DNA of 58,081 nucleotides from Chthoniobacterales bacterium (GTDB taxonomy: Bacteria > Verrucomicrobiota > Verrucomicrobiia > Chthoniobacterales > UBA10450), in assembly GCA_036502465.1 (NCBI GenBank), contig DASXYO010000163.1, forward strand, positions 1-58,081, in the 5' to 3' direction. The translations under genes were made by a program, and so were the position numbers. Below the pieces are notes generated by a model, which saw only the letters and a program-made list of their open reading frames with translations, searched no databases and had not been told where the DNA came from. Below are positions 1-9,800 of the stretch, piece after piece (the first letter of the stretch is position 1; each line of letters starts with the position of its first letter).

Positions 1-22
1 GCTGCAGCCAAACGATACGCCG

Positions 23-1234
23 ATGATTGCCTGTCCTGATTGCGGCCTCCTGGAAGAGTTACCCTCGTTAGGCGGGGGAAGTAGCGCGGAGTGCGCGCTC
101 TGCGGCGCCGATCTCGAGCGGACGAGCGGCCGCAGCATCACGGCTGGTCTTTGTTGCGCGCTCGGAACTTTTTTTCTGCTCTTTCCCGCGAACGTCCTGC
201 TCATGCTGCGCGTGCACATCTTCGGCATGCATAACCAGAGCCGGCTCAGCACTGGCATTCTCGCCTTATGGGATGGCGATTGGCTGATTCTCGCCGCGCT
301 TACCGGGGCGTTCGCGGTTTTTCTGCCCTTCGTTCGGTTTGGTCTGCTATCCGCGGTTTTGGGTGCGCTCCGTTTTGGCTTCCGCGGCGGGTGGCTCGGA
401 CCGGTCTATCGCTGGGCGCTCTGGCTCGATGTCTGGGCCATGCCGGATGTTTATTTGCTCGCCGGCTTTGTCGGTTATTACCGGCTCATGCATGCCGGGC
501 CGCTCAAGGTCGCGCTCCAACCAGGCGGATACTGTTTTATCGCCGCGGCGATCTTTGCCATGCTTTCCCGCGCCACGATCGACCGGCGGACGGTTTGGCG
601 CGCCATCGCGCCGGAGGCGAAGGTGGAGGAGGACGAGGAAACAATCTCCTGCACCACCTGCGATCTGGTCCTGCCGCTCGCATGCACGGGCAAGCTCTGC
701 CACCGGTGCGGGGCGCGCCTGCATGTGCGCAAGCCGTACGCCGTCCTGCGCGCAACGGCGCTCACCGCCGCGGCTTTCATCCTGTTTTTTCCGGCCAACA
801 TTCTGCCCATGAACACGACCGTGCAGATGGGGAGCAAGGTCAATTACACGATTTTTCAGGGTGTGCATGAGTTGTTCACGGCGGGTCTCTGGCCCCTCGG
901 GGTCATCATTTTCTGCACCAGCATCGGGATTCCGGCGCTCAAGCTAATGGTCATGGCGTGGGTCCTCATCTCGGTTCGCTGGCGTTCGCGCAAACGCCTC
1001 GTGCTTAAGACCAGAATGCATCGCTTGATCAATGAAATCGGGCGCTGGTCGAATGTGGATCCATTTACGATCACCGTCTTTGTCCCGCTCATGACTTTTG
1101 GCAGCTTTGCTTCTTCGAAGGCCGGCTGGGGGGCGACGGCCTTCATTCTTGTCGTCGTCTTCACTCTCCTCTCTTCGATGTCGTTCGATTCACGTCTGCT
1201 CTGGGATGCGGCTGAGGAAGGGGAAAAGCCATGA
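23..1234 (+). CDS. pqiA: PqiA-family integral membrane protein (paraquat-inducible protein A-like)
   Basis: Two halves, each with a paired Cys motif (CPDCG..CALCG; CTTCD..CHRCG) followed by hydrophobic TM segments. Followed by an MCE protein and a lipoprotein. Its stop overlaps the next start by 4 nt (ATGA at 1231). Confidence 0.8.
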   Translation: MIACPDCGLLEELPSLGGGSSAECALCGADLERTSGRSITAGLCCALGTFFLLFPANVLLMLRVHIFGMHNQSRLSTGILALWDGDWLILAALTGAFAVFLPFVRFGLLSAVLGALRFGFRGGWLGPVYRWALWLDVWAMPDVYLLAGFVGYYRLMHAGPLKVALQPGGYCFIAAAIFAMLSRATIDRRTVWRAIAPEAKVEEDEETISCTTCDLVLPLACTGKLCHRCGARLHVRKPYAVLRATALTAAAFILFFPANILPMNTTVQMGSKVNYTIFQGVHELFTAGLWPLGVIIFCTSIGIPALKLMVMAWVLISVRWRSRKRLVLKTRMHRLINEIGRWSNVDPFTITVFVPLMTFGSFASSKAGWGATAFILVVVFTLLSSMSFDSRLLWDAAEEGEKP

Positions 1235-2517
1235 GCGACGAAAGGGAGGAGGAAAAAATGCCTCGCCGGCGCACCTCCTCCGAGGTCAAAGCCGCGACCA
1301 AACACAGCTGGTGGCCCGGTTGGATTTGGGCGGTGCCGCTGGCCGCGTTTGGCATCGGAGTCTGGCTGCTGGTGCGTTTTCTCACCCAGGGCGGCACGGA
1401 CATTACGATCACCTTTGAAGACGCCTACGGCATTTCGGCCGGCGACACGGTAATCAAATATCGCGGCACCAAGGTCGGCAGCATCGAGAGCGTCGATCTT
1501 TCTCAAGACGGCAAAGGAGTGAAAGTGGAAGCGACGATCAAGGACAGCGCGAAACAATTCCTCACTACCGGCACGTTATTCTACCTGCGCGGGGCCCAGC
1601 CGAGCCTGAGCAACCTTTCCTCGTTAGGCTCGGTCCTTTCCGGACCGACCGTGGTGATGGAGCCCGGGCCGGGGAAGAAGACGAAGCATTTCCAAGGGCT
1701 GGAAAAAAAGCCGGAAATCCCGCGCCAGCACGGGCCGCCGGTCCTCTTTAGGGTGCACTTCGACGGCGCGGTCGGCGATCTGAAGGAAGGCGACGCGGTC
1801 AAGCTGCGCGGCTTCGCGGTCGGCGAAGTGAAAGAGACGGGGTTCCATTACGACGCGGAGACCGGCAAAATCCGCACTCCGGTGACGGTTGCGCTCTATC
1901 CGACCCTCTTTCAGATCGAGCATGCGGCCGCCAAAGACCCGGCCGCGGCCCTGCAGGCTGCGCTCAAGCACCTTGTTGAGGAAGGGCTGCGCGCGAGCCT
2001 CGATCGCGAGCCGCCCTTGATCGGCAGTTATAGAGTCAGCTTCGAAATGGTTCCGGGCGCGCCGCAGGCCGAATTAAAAATCGCCGACAACCTGCCGGAA
2101 ATTCCGACCGCACCCGGCGGCGGTCTGCAATCGCTCGTCAGCAGCGTGAACAAAATCCCGCTCGACCAGATCTCGCAAAACGTTCTCGATCTCACGAAGC
2201 ATCTCGACCAGCTCGCTTCCTCGCCCAAGCTGAAGGAGAGCTTCGCCGAACTCGACGCCTCGCTGCAGGAAATTCATCGCACGGTCGAGACGATCGGTCC
2301 GAAGGTCGACCAGCTCGTGCGGACCTTGCGCAACACCGCCCACCAACTCGACCAGGCCTCGGCCGCGACCGCGAAAACGATCGGCGGCCCGGCCAGCCAG
2401 AACGGATTAAACGATACGATGCGGGAAGTGAAAGACGCCGCCCGCTCGATTCGTTCCCTCGCCGATTACCTCGAGCGCCATCCCGAATCGCTCATCTCAG
2501 GCAAACACGGAGAATGA
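1231..2517 (+). CDS. pqiB: MCE/MlaD-domain intermembrane transport protein (PqiB-like)
   Basis: N-terminal TM helix (WWPGWIWAVPLAAFGIGVWLLV), then MCE-like segments (ISAGDTVKYRGTKVGSI; GDAVKLRGFAVGEV) and a C-terminal helical region. Position between the pqiA-like and pqiC-like genes. Confidence 0.75.
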   Translation: MSDEREEEKMPRRRTSSEVKAATKHSWWPGWIWAVPLAAFGIGVWLLVRFLTQGGTDITITFEDAYGISAGDTVIKYRGTKVGSIESVDLSQDGKGVKVEATIKDSAKQFLTTGTLFYLRGAQPSLSNLSSLGSVLSGPTVVMEPGPGKKTKHFQGLEKKPEIPRQHGPPVLFRVHFDGAVGDLKEGDAVKLRGFAVGEVKETGFHYDAETGKIRTPVTVALYPTLFQIEHAAAKDPAAALQAALKHLVEEGLRASLDREPPLIGSYRVSFEMVPGAPQAELKIADNLPEIPTAPGGGLQSLVSSVNKIPLDQISQNVLDLTKHLDQLASSPKLKESFAELDASLQEIHRTVETIGPKVDQLVRTLRNTAHQLDQASAATAKTIGGPASQNGLNDTMREVKDAARSIRSLADYLERHPESLISGKHGE

Positions 2518-3074
2518 AAATGCGCACGATAACGGCTTTCCTCGCGGTCGTTTTTCTGGCGGGCTGCGGGTCCAGTCCGAAGACGAACTTCTACACCCTG
2601 AGCGTTGCTCCGGCCCGCACCGGACACGCAAGTATCTCCGCCCCGGTGCAGTTGGCCGCGGTCCACATTCCACCCTCGCTCGATCGCCGCCAGATGGTTC
2701 GCCTAACGAACGCGAACAGCGTCGCGATCAGTGAGACGGACCGCTGGTCGGCGCCCTTTGACGAAATGGTGCGGAGCGTCCTCTCGCAGGACCTGGCCGC
2801 GCAATGGCCAAATGGAATGGTCGTTCTGCCTCAGGCACCGGCGCCGCCCGGCACGCGACCGCTGGTCGTGACGATCGCGCAGTTTGGACCCGATGCGGGC
2901 GGCACCGTGCGATTGAGCGGCAGTTGGGCGCTGGTCGACGGCACTTCCGGTGTCGTGCGGCGCGAGCACAACTTTGAGTTCGACGCGGGTCCGGCGGAGA
3001 ACGCAAGTGCCACCGCCGCCGCCATGAGCCAGGCCCTGGGACGACTGTCCACCGCAATCTCGGCCGCGCTCTGA
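2514..3074 (+). CDS. pqiC: PqiC-like ABC-transport auxiliary lipoprotein (DUF330 type)
   Basis: Signal peptide with lipobox (FLAGC). Size of about 185 aa. Third gene of the pqi-type operon, with a 4-nt start/stop overlap. Confidence 0.65.
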   Translation: MKMRTITAFLAVVFLAGCGSSPKTNFYTLSVAPARTGHASISAPVQLAAVHIPPSLDRRQMVRLTNANSVAISETDRWSAPFDEMVRSVLSQDLAAQWPNGMVVLPQAPAPPGTRPLVVTIAQFGPDAGGTVRLSGSWALVDGTSGVVRREHNFEFDAGPAENASATAAAMSQALGRLSTAISAAL

Positions 3075-3188
3075 ACGTCGCCTTTTGCGTCGTCGCCAAA
3101 ATCTTCCCAAGCCCGTTTAAGAGATTCTCGTAAGGGCCTGCAGGGGTCGAAGAAGACACGTTCAGGCCGGGCTTTGTTCGATCTATTA

Positions 3189-3563
3189 ATGGTGACTATT
3201 GGGAAGAAAGAGTGGGCGATCGCCGAAGGCTGGATCCCTTCTTGGAGCCACGGTCCGGAGCCGGAAATGTTGAGCCACGAAACGGCCTGCATTCTGAATT
3301 CAAACGAGACCGCGGCGCAGGTGGAGATCACGATTTACTACACCGATCGCGATCCGGTTGGGCCCTACAAGATCACGGTCCCGCCCCGGCGCACGCTGCA
3401 TCAGCGTTTCAACGACTTAAAGGATCCGGAGCCGATTCCGAAGGCGACGAATTACGCGAGCACGATCGTTTCCGACGTGCCGATCGTCGTCCAGCACACC
3501 CGGCTCGATTCCCGGCAATCGGAGAACGCCCTCGTCACCACCATCGCATTTTCTAACGACTAA
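3189..3563 (+). CDS. Sensory rhodopsin transducer (ASRT)-family small beta-sandwich protein
   Basis: Strong resemblance to the Anabaena ASRT family along its length (WAIAEGWIP..GPEPEMLSHETACILN..VEITIYYTDRDPVGPY..VPIVVQHTRLDSRQSENAL). ATG at 3189 is preferred over the upstream TTG at 3174 used by the ORF track. Confidence 0.75.
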   Translation: MVTIGKKEWAIAEGWIPSWSHGPEPEMLSHETACILNSNETAAQVEITIYYTDRDPVGPYKITVPPRRTLHQRFNDLKDPEPIPKATNYASTIVSDVPIVVQHTRLDSRQSENALVTTIAFSND

Positions 3564-3566
3564 CGA
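3552..3566 (+). repeat. Tandem CTAACGA-CTAACGA (one-mismatch variants of the abundant CCTAACGA motif), spanning the ASRT stop codon
   Basis: Sequence tCTAACGACTAACGA. The TAA stop of the ASRT gene (3561-3563) lies inside the second copy. Confidence 0.8.
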
Positions 3567-3577
3567 ACTCGAAAATT

Positions 3578-5368
3578 ATGTCAGAACTGGTCTCAGACTT
3601 CTTAATCAAACGCATCACCCAATGGGGGCTGAAACGGATCTACGGATTCCCCGGCGACGGGATTAACGGCATCATTGGCGCAATCGATCGCGCTGGCGAC
3701 AAGGTCGATTACGTGCAGGTGCGGCATGAAGAAATGGCCGCCTTCATGGCTTGCGCGCACGCCAAGTTCACCGGCGAAGTCGGCATATGCCTCGCCACTT
3801 CCGGGCCGGGCGCGATCCATCTTCTCAATGGGCTTTACGATGCGAAAATGGATCACCAGCCGGTGGTCGCAATTGTTGGGCAGCAGGCGCGGTCGGCGCT
3901 GGGTGGCGACTACCAGCAGGAGGTGGATCTCATCTCCCTCTTCAAGGATGTGGCTCACGAATATGTCCACATGGCTTCGACGCCGGCGCAGGTGCGCCAC
4001 CTCGTCGACCGCGCCATTCGCATCGCCAAGGCCGAGCGCACCGTCACCTGCATCATTTTCCCTAACGACCTCCAGGAATTGCCCGCGGTCGAGACGCCGC
4101 CGCGCAAACACGGCACGGTTCACTCCGGGATCGGCTATTCGGAGCCGCGCGTCATCCCGCGCGACGAAGATCTGCGCCGGGCGGCCGATATCCTGAACCA
4201 GGGTGAAAAGGTGGCCATGCTCGTGGGCGCGGGCGCGCTCGGGGCGAGCGATGAAGTCATGGGCGTAGCCGAGCTGCTCGGAGCGGGCGTGGCCAAGGCA
4301 TTGTTAGGCAAAGCCGTCATCCCGGATGACGTCTCCTATTGCACCGGCCCGATCGGATTGTTAGGCAGCAAGCCGAGCTGGGACATGATGACGGAATGCG
4401 ACACGCTTCTGATGGTCGGCTCGAGTTTTCCCTATTCGGAATTTCTCCCCAAGGAAGGCCAGGCCCGCGGCATCCAGATCGACATCGATCCCAAGATGCT
4501 CAGCATCCGGTATCCGACCGAAGTGAACCTGACCGGCGACAGCGCCGAGACCTTGCGCGCGCTTATCCCGCTCTTGGAACGGAAGAAAGACCGCTCCTGG
4601 CAGAAGAAGCTGGAAGGCGAGATCAAGGACTGGTGGAAAGTGCTCGAGGCCCGCGCCATGAACAGCGCCGAACCGATCAATCCCGAGCGGGTCTTCTGGG
4701 AGCTCTCCCCGCGCCTGCCCGACAATTGCATTCTCGCCTCCGACTCCGGCTCCGCGGCCAACTGGTTCGCGCGCGACCTCAAGGTGCGGCGCGGGATGAT
4801 GGCCTCGCTCTCCGGCAATCTCGCCACGATGGGCCCCGGCGTTCCTTATTCGGTGGCGGCGAAGTTTGCCTGGCCCGATCGGCCGGTCATCGCGCTCGTC
4901 GGCGACGGCGCGATGCTGATGAACGGGATCAACTGTCTCATCACGATCGCGAACTATTGGAAGGAATGGAGCGACCCGCGCCTCATCGTCATGGTGCTGG
5001 CGAATCGCGATCTCAACCAAGTGACCTGGGAACAGCGCGTGATGGCAGGCGACCCGAAATTCGAAGCTTCGCAAGACGTGCCGAAGTTCGCTTTCGCGAC
5101 CTACGCCGAGATGCTCGGTCTGCGCGGAATCCATGTCGAGAAACCAGAGGATGTCGGCCCGGCCTGGGACCGCGCGCTCGCCTCCGATCGGCCGGTTGTC
5201 TACGAGGCCATGACCGATCCCGAGGTGCCGACTTTGCCGCCGCACATCACCTTTGAGCAGGCGAAGAAATTCACCGAGTCGATGTTCAAGGGCGATCCCG
5301 GCATGCCGGGCATGCTGCGCGGCGCACTCAAGGACGCGGTTGAAAGCTTCATCCCGCACCAGGAGTGA
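3578..5368 (+). CDS. poxB: Thiamine-diphosphate-dependent pyruvate oxidase / pyruvate dehydrogenase (quinone), PoxB-like
   Basis: Full-length TPP enzyme architecture (N-terminal Pyr domain RHEEMAAFMACAHAKFTGE..ATSGPGAIHLLNGLYDA; C-terminal PP domain GDGAMLMN). Length 596 aa. Closest in pattern to PoxB rather than acetolactate synthase, but assignment within the family is tentative. Confidence 0.7.
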   Translation: MSELVSDFLIKRITQWGLKRIYGFPGDGINGIIGAIDRAGDKVDYVQVRHEEMAAFMACAHAKFTGEVGICLATSGPGAIHLLNGLYDAKMDHQPVVAIVGQQARSALGGDYQQEVDLISLFKDVAHEYVHMASTPAQVRHLVDRAIRIAKAERTVTCIIFPNDLQELPAVETPPRKHGTVHSGIGYSEPRVIPRDEDLRRAADILNQGEKVAMLVGAGALGASDEVMGVAELLGAGVAKALLGKAVIPDDVSYCTGPIGLLGSKPSWDMMTECDTLLMVGSSFPYSEFLPKEGQARGIQIDIDPKMLSIRYPTEVNLTGDSAETLRALIPLLERKKDRSWQKKLEGEIKDWWKVLEARAMNSAEPINPERVFWELSPRLPDNCILASDSGSAANWFARDLKVRRGMMASLSGNLATMGPGVPYSVAAKFAWPDRPVIALVGDGAMLMNGINCLITIANYWKEWSDPRLIVMVLANRDLNQVTWEQRVMAGDPKFEASQDVPKFAFATYAEMLGLRGIHVEKPEDVGPAWDRALASDRPVVYEAMTDPEVPTLPPHITFEQAKKFTESMFKGDPGMPGMLRGALKDAVESFIPHQE

Positions 5369-5426
5369 AGGGCCATGAGGTGTCGCCCTTCATTCCTTCG
5401 GGAAATGGGAGCGCGCCGCGTCCTCC

Positions 5427-5560
5427 GGGGAGCGCTCGCGCCTCGCGTGCTGACGATGGCGCCCTCGCCATCGCGGACTTTTCACCGCGACGTGAAGCAT
5501 TCAAAGAAAGCCTGTTTCGGCGAGGCGCCGAAACCAGCACGCGAGGCGCGTGCGCTCCCC
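5427..5560. mobile_element. MITE-like palindromic element, copy A1
   Basis: About 25-nt terminal inverted repeats (GGGGAGCGCTCGCGCCTCGCGTGC ... GCACGCGAGGCGCGTGCGCTCCCC). Two internal hairpins (GATGGCG-ccct-CGCCATC; GTTTCGGCG-agg-CGCCGAAAC). No coding capacity. Ends 2 nt before the ATG at 5563. Confidence 0.8.
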
Positions 5561-5562
5561 AG

Positions 5563-6654
5563 ATGAACGCCTCGCCGATCGAGAAACTGACCGTTTCGGC
5601 TTACAGAGTCCCGACCGATCAACCGGAATCCGACGGCACCTACGAGTGGGAGAGCACCACGATCGTGCTCGTGGAAGCGGAGGCGGCCGGACAGAGATCG
5701 TTAGGCTACACCTACGCTGACGAAGCGACAGCGACGCTGATCGATTCCAAACTGAAGGAGATTGTGCTCGGCCGCGACGCGCTTTCGCCTAACGACACCT
5801 TCGTCGCCCTCACGAAATCGATCCGCAACCTCGGCCGCCCCGGCATTTGCTCGATGGCGATCTCGGCCATCGACACCGCGCTCTGGGATTTGAAGGCGCG
5901 TCTCCTCAGGCTGCCGCTCGTCACGCTTTTTGGGCAGGTGCACGCGGCGATGCCGATCTATGGGAGCGGCGGGTTCACTTCCTATTCGAACGCGAAGTTG
6001 CAGGAACAACTCGGCGGCTGGGTCGAGCAGGGAATTCCCCGGGTGAAAATGAAAATCGGTCGCGATCCCGCGGCTGATCCGGAGCGCGTTGCGGCCGCGC
6101 GCGAGGCGATCGGCGACGAAGCACAGCTTTTCGTCGATGCGAACGGCGCTTATTCGCGCAAGCAGGCACTCGAATTCGCCTACGCTTTTTCGGAGCTCGA
6201 CGTTTCGTGGTTCGAAGAACCGGTGACGTCCGACGATCTGCCCGGGCTTCATCTCCTGCGCGACGACGGCCCGCCTGGGATGGAGATCGCGGCCGGCGAG
6301 TACGGCTACGACGTCACCTACTTCGAGCGCATGCTCGATGCGCAGGCGGTCGACGTTCTGCAAGCCGACGCCACGCGCTGCGGCGGCTATACCGGTTTCT
6401 TCCAGGCCGCCACGCTTTGTGAGGCGCATCATCTCCCGCTCTCGTCCCATTGCGCCCCGGCCCTGCACCTGCACGCGGCCTGCGCGGCGCCCCCTTTCCG
6501 GCACGCTGAATATTTTCACGATCACGTCCGGATTGAGCGGATGCTTTTCGAGGGCCTGCCCAAGCCTAACGACGGCGCGCTCCGGCCCGATCTCTCGCAA
6601 CCGGGGAACGGACTCGAACTCAAGCGCCAGGAGGCGGCCAAATTCGCCCTATGA
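5563..6654 (+). CDS. Enolase-superfamily enzyme (mandelate racemase / muconate lactonizing enzyme family)
   Basis: MR/MLE-type motifs (KMKIGRDP..; LFVDANGAY; SWFEEPV; DVLQAD). Start moved to the ATG at 5563, because the 66 codons upstream in the ORF-track model are read-through of repeat A1. Confidence 0.75.
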   Translation: MNASPIEKLTVSAYRVPTDQPESDGTYEWESTTIVLVEAEAAGQRSLGYTYADEATATLIDSKLKEIVLGRDALSPNDTFVALTKSIRNLGRPGICSMAISAIDTALWDLKARLLRLPLVTLFGQVHAAMPIYGSGGFTSYSNAKLQEQLGGWVEQGIPRVKMKIGRDPAADPERVAAAREAIGDEAQLFVDANGAYSRKQALEFAYAFSELDVSWFEEPVTSDDLPGLHLLRDDGPPGMEIAAGEYGYDVTYFERMLDAQAVDVLQADATRCGGYTGFFQAATLCEAHHLPLSSHCAPALHLHAACAAPPFRHAEYFHDHVRIERMLFEGLPKPNDGALRPDLSQPGNGLELKRQEAAKFAL

Positions 6655-6670
6655 CGTCGCAGGAGACTCT

Positions 6671-6805
6671 GGGGAGCGCACGCGCCCTCGCGTGCTGGTT
6701 TCGGCGCCCCGCCGAAACAGGCTTTTTCTTCCGCCCTGTCTTCCCGGCACAAGTTCGCGACGGCGAGGGCGCCATCGCCCGCACGCGAGGGCGCGTGCGC
6801 TCCCC
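6671..6805. mobile_element. MITE-like palindromic element, copy A2 (inverted relative to A1)
   Basis: Same termini (GGGGAGCGCACGCGCCCTCGCGTGC ... GCACGCGAGGGCGCGTGCGCTCCCC) and the same two inner hairpins in reverse order. Begins 16 nt after the enolase-family stop codon. Confidence 0.8.
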
Positions 6806-6855
6806 AGAAAAACTGCGACGCGCTGCGGGAAACATCACGTCCCCTTAACGAATTT

Positions 6856-9800
6856 ATGGCTAAAGTACTGGAACAAAATGTGAGCGATCCACCGTCCGGC
6901 GCGGCGCACCTGAACGAGACTCAACGCGCCACGCTGCCGGAAAAATTACGCGCCCGGATCAGCGGCGAAGTCCGCTTCGATGACGGGAGCCGCGCCCTCT
7001 ACGCGACCGACGGCTCAAATTATCGTCAACCACCGATCGGCGTCGTCATTCCCCGCAGCGTCGCCGACGTCATCAGCGCGATCGCGACCGCGCGCGAGTA
7101 CGGCGCGCCGATCACGAGCCGCGGCTGCGGCACCAGCCTGGCCGGACAATGCTGCAACACCTCGATCATCCTCGACATGTCGAAATACCTGAACCGGGTG
7201 CTCGAGATCGACGTCGAAAAAAAACTCGGCCGCGTCCAGCCCGGCACGATCCTCGACGATCTCCGTCACGCCGCGGAGAAACACGGGCTGACTTTCGGCC
7301 CCGACCCGGCGACGCATAATCATTGCACGCTCGGCGGCATGCTGGGCAACAACTCCTGCGGCATCCACTCCGTCATGGCGGCCTTCAACGGGACCGGCGC
7401 GCGCACTTCCGACAACACCCATGAACTCGAAATCCTGACCTACGACGGCGAGCGGATGAAGGTGGGCCCGACGAGTGAAGAAGAGTTGGAGGCGATTGTT
7501 AGGCAGGGCGGCCGCCGGGGTGAGATCTACGGAAAACTGCGCGCCCTGCGCGGTAAATACGCCGACCTCATCCGCGAAAAATTTCCCGATATTCCGCGAC
7601 GCGTTTCCGGTTACAACCTGCCCGAGCTGCTGCCGGAGAAAGGCTTCAATGTCGCGCGCGCACTCGTCGGAAGTGAGGGCACCTGCGTCACCATTCTCGA
7701 GGCCAGCCTGCGCCTGATTCCGAACCCGAAAGCGCGCAGCCTCCTCGTCCTCGGTTACCCCGATGTCTACAGCGCGGGCGATCACGCGCCCGAGATCATG
7801 GAGCACAAACCGATCGGGCTGGAAGGGATCGATCATCGTCTCATCGGTTACATGAAAAAGACCGGGCTCCATCCGCAGGACATCCAGCTTTTGCCCGATG
7901 GAAAGGGATTCTTGCTCGCCGAGTTTGGCGGCGATTCGAAGGAGGATTCAGACGCGAAGGCGCGCGAGGTGATGGAGGCGCTGAAGAAAAAGGGCGACGC
8001 GCCCAACATGAAACTCTTCGACGACAAAGAAGACGAATCGAAGGTCTGGGAGGTGCGCGAATCGGGTTTGGGCGCGACCGCGTTTGTCCCCGGGCTGCGC
8101 GACACCTGGCCGGGTTGGGAAGATTCCGCGGTCCCGCCGCAGAAGGTCGGTCCCTATCTGCGCGACCTGCGCAAGCTGTTTCACAAATACGATTATGAAG
8201 CCTCGCTTTACGGGCACTTCGGACAGGGTTGCATCCATTGCCGCATTCCGTTCGATCTCTATACCGCGAAGGGGATCGACCAATGGCGGGCCTTCCTCGA
8301 CGAAGCCTCCGATCTCGTCCTGAGCTACGGCGGTTCGCTCTCCGGCGAACACGGTGACGGCCAGGCGCGCGCCGAGCTGCTCCCGAAAATGTACGGACCG
8401 GAAATCATGCAGGCTTTCCGCGAGTTCAAATCGATCTGGGACCCGGAGTGGAAAATGAATCCAGGCAAGGTGATCGACGCCTACCCGATCACCTCCAATC
8501 TCCGGATCGGGAGCGACTACAATCCGCGCGAACCGAAAACCTACTTCGCTTACCCTAACGATGACGGCAGCTTCGCTCGCGCCGCTCTGCGTTGTGTCGG
8601 GGTCGGGAAATGCCGGCGGCTGGAGGGCGGGACGATGTGCCCGAGTTTCATGGTGACGCGCGAGGAAAAAGACGCGACCCGCGGCCGCGCTCATCTCCTT
8701 TTCGAGATGTTGCGCGGCGAAGTGATCGGCAAGAAAGGCTGGAAAGAAGAGAGCGTGAAAGACGCGCTCGATCTCTGCCTCGCCTGCAAAGGTTGCAAGG
8801 ATGATTGCCCGGTGAGCGTCGACATGGCGACCTACAAGGCGGAGTTCCTCGCGCATTATTACAAAGGCAGGCTGCGCCCGATCTACGCCTATGCCTTCGG
8901 CCTCATCCACGTCTGGGCTCGGCTCGCGCAGATCGCGCCGTCGCTGGTCAATTTCGTCAATCGCGCGCCGTTCCTGAGCAGCGTGGTGAAGGGATTCCTC
9001 CGCGTCGCGCAAGAGCGCACCATGCCGGCCTTCGCGCCGGAATCGTTCAAGAGCTGGTTCGCGCGGCGTCCGGTCCACAATCGTGGGCAAAAGCGCGTCC
9101 TGCTTTGGCCCGACACCTTTAACAATTATTTTCACCCCGCGGTGGCGAAGGCGGCGGTGGAAGTCCTGGAGGACGCCGGTTTCCAGGTCGTGCTGCCGAA
9201 ACGCGACCTCTGCTGTGGACGGCCGCTCTACGACTACGGCATGCTCGACACCGCGCAGCGCTGGCTTCTCCAGATTCTCGATTCGTTAGGCGAGGAAATC
9301 GAAGCCGGCACCCCGATCGTCGGCCTCGAGCCGAGCTGCACCGCGGTCTTTCGCGACGAGGTTTACGAGATGTTCCCGCATCACGAAAACGCGCGCCGTT
9401 TGAAAAAGCAGACCTTCACCCTCGCGGAATTCATCGAGAAACACGCCCCCGATTACGAGGTGCCAAAGTTGCAGCGCAAGGCGCTCGTGCACGGCCACTG
9501 CCATCACAAAGCGGTCATGCATCTCGATTGTGAAAAGAAACTGCTCGAGAAAATCGGCCTCGACTACAAGGTGCCGGATTCCGGCTGTTGCGGAATGGCC
9601 GGCGCTTTCGGCTTTGAGGCCGACAAATACGACGTCTCGATCGCGATCGGCGAACGCGTTCTTTTGCCGGCGGTGCGAAAGGCAGCCAAGGACACGCTGA
9701 TCATCGCAGATGGCTTCAGTTGTCGCACCCAGGTGCAGGAAACAACCAACCGTCATGCCCTCCACCTCGCGCAGGTCCTGAAGATGGGTCTTGAGCACGG

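Noticed and set aside
5365-5562. N-terminal extensions and small ORFs over the repeat elements: the 5365-5562 part of the enolase ORF, 5349-5540 (-), 5375-5566, 6338-6883, 6522-6752 (-), 6620-6838 (-), 6651-6848, 13585-13959, 13760-13990 (-), and the 13848-13955 part of actC.
   Set aside because: They are read-through of palindromic MITE-like elements. The same peptide-like strings appear on both strands because of the inverted repeats. Better in-frame ATG starts exist immediately after the elements.
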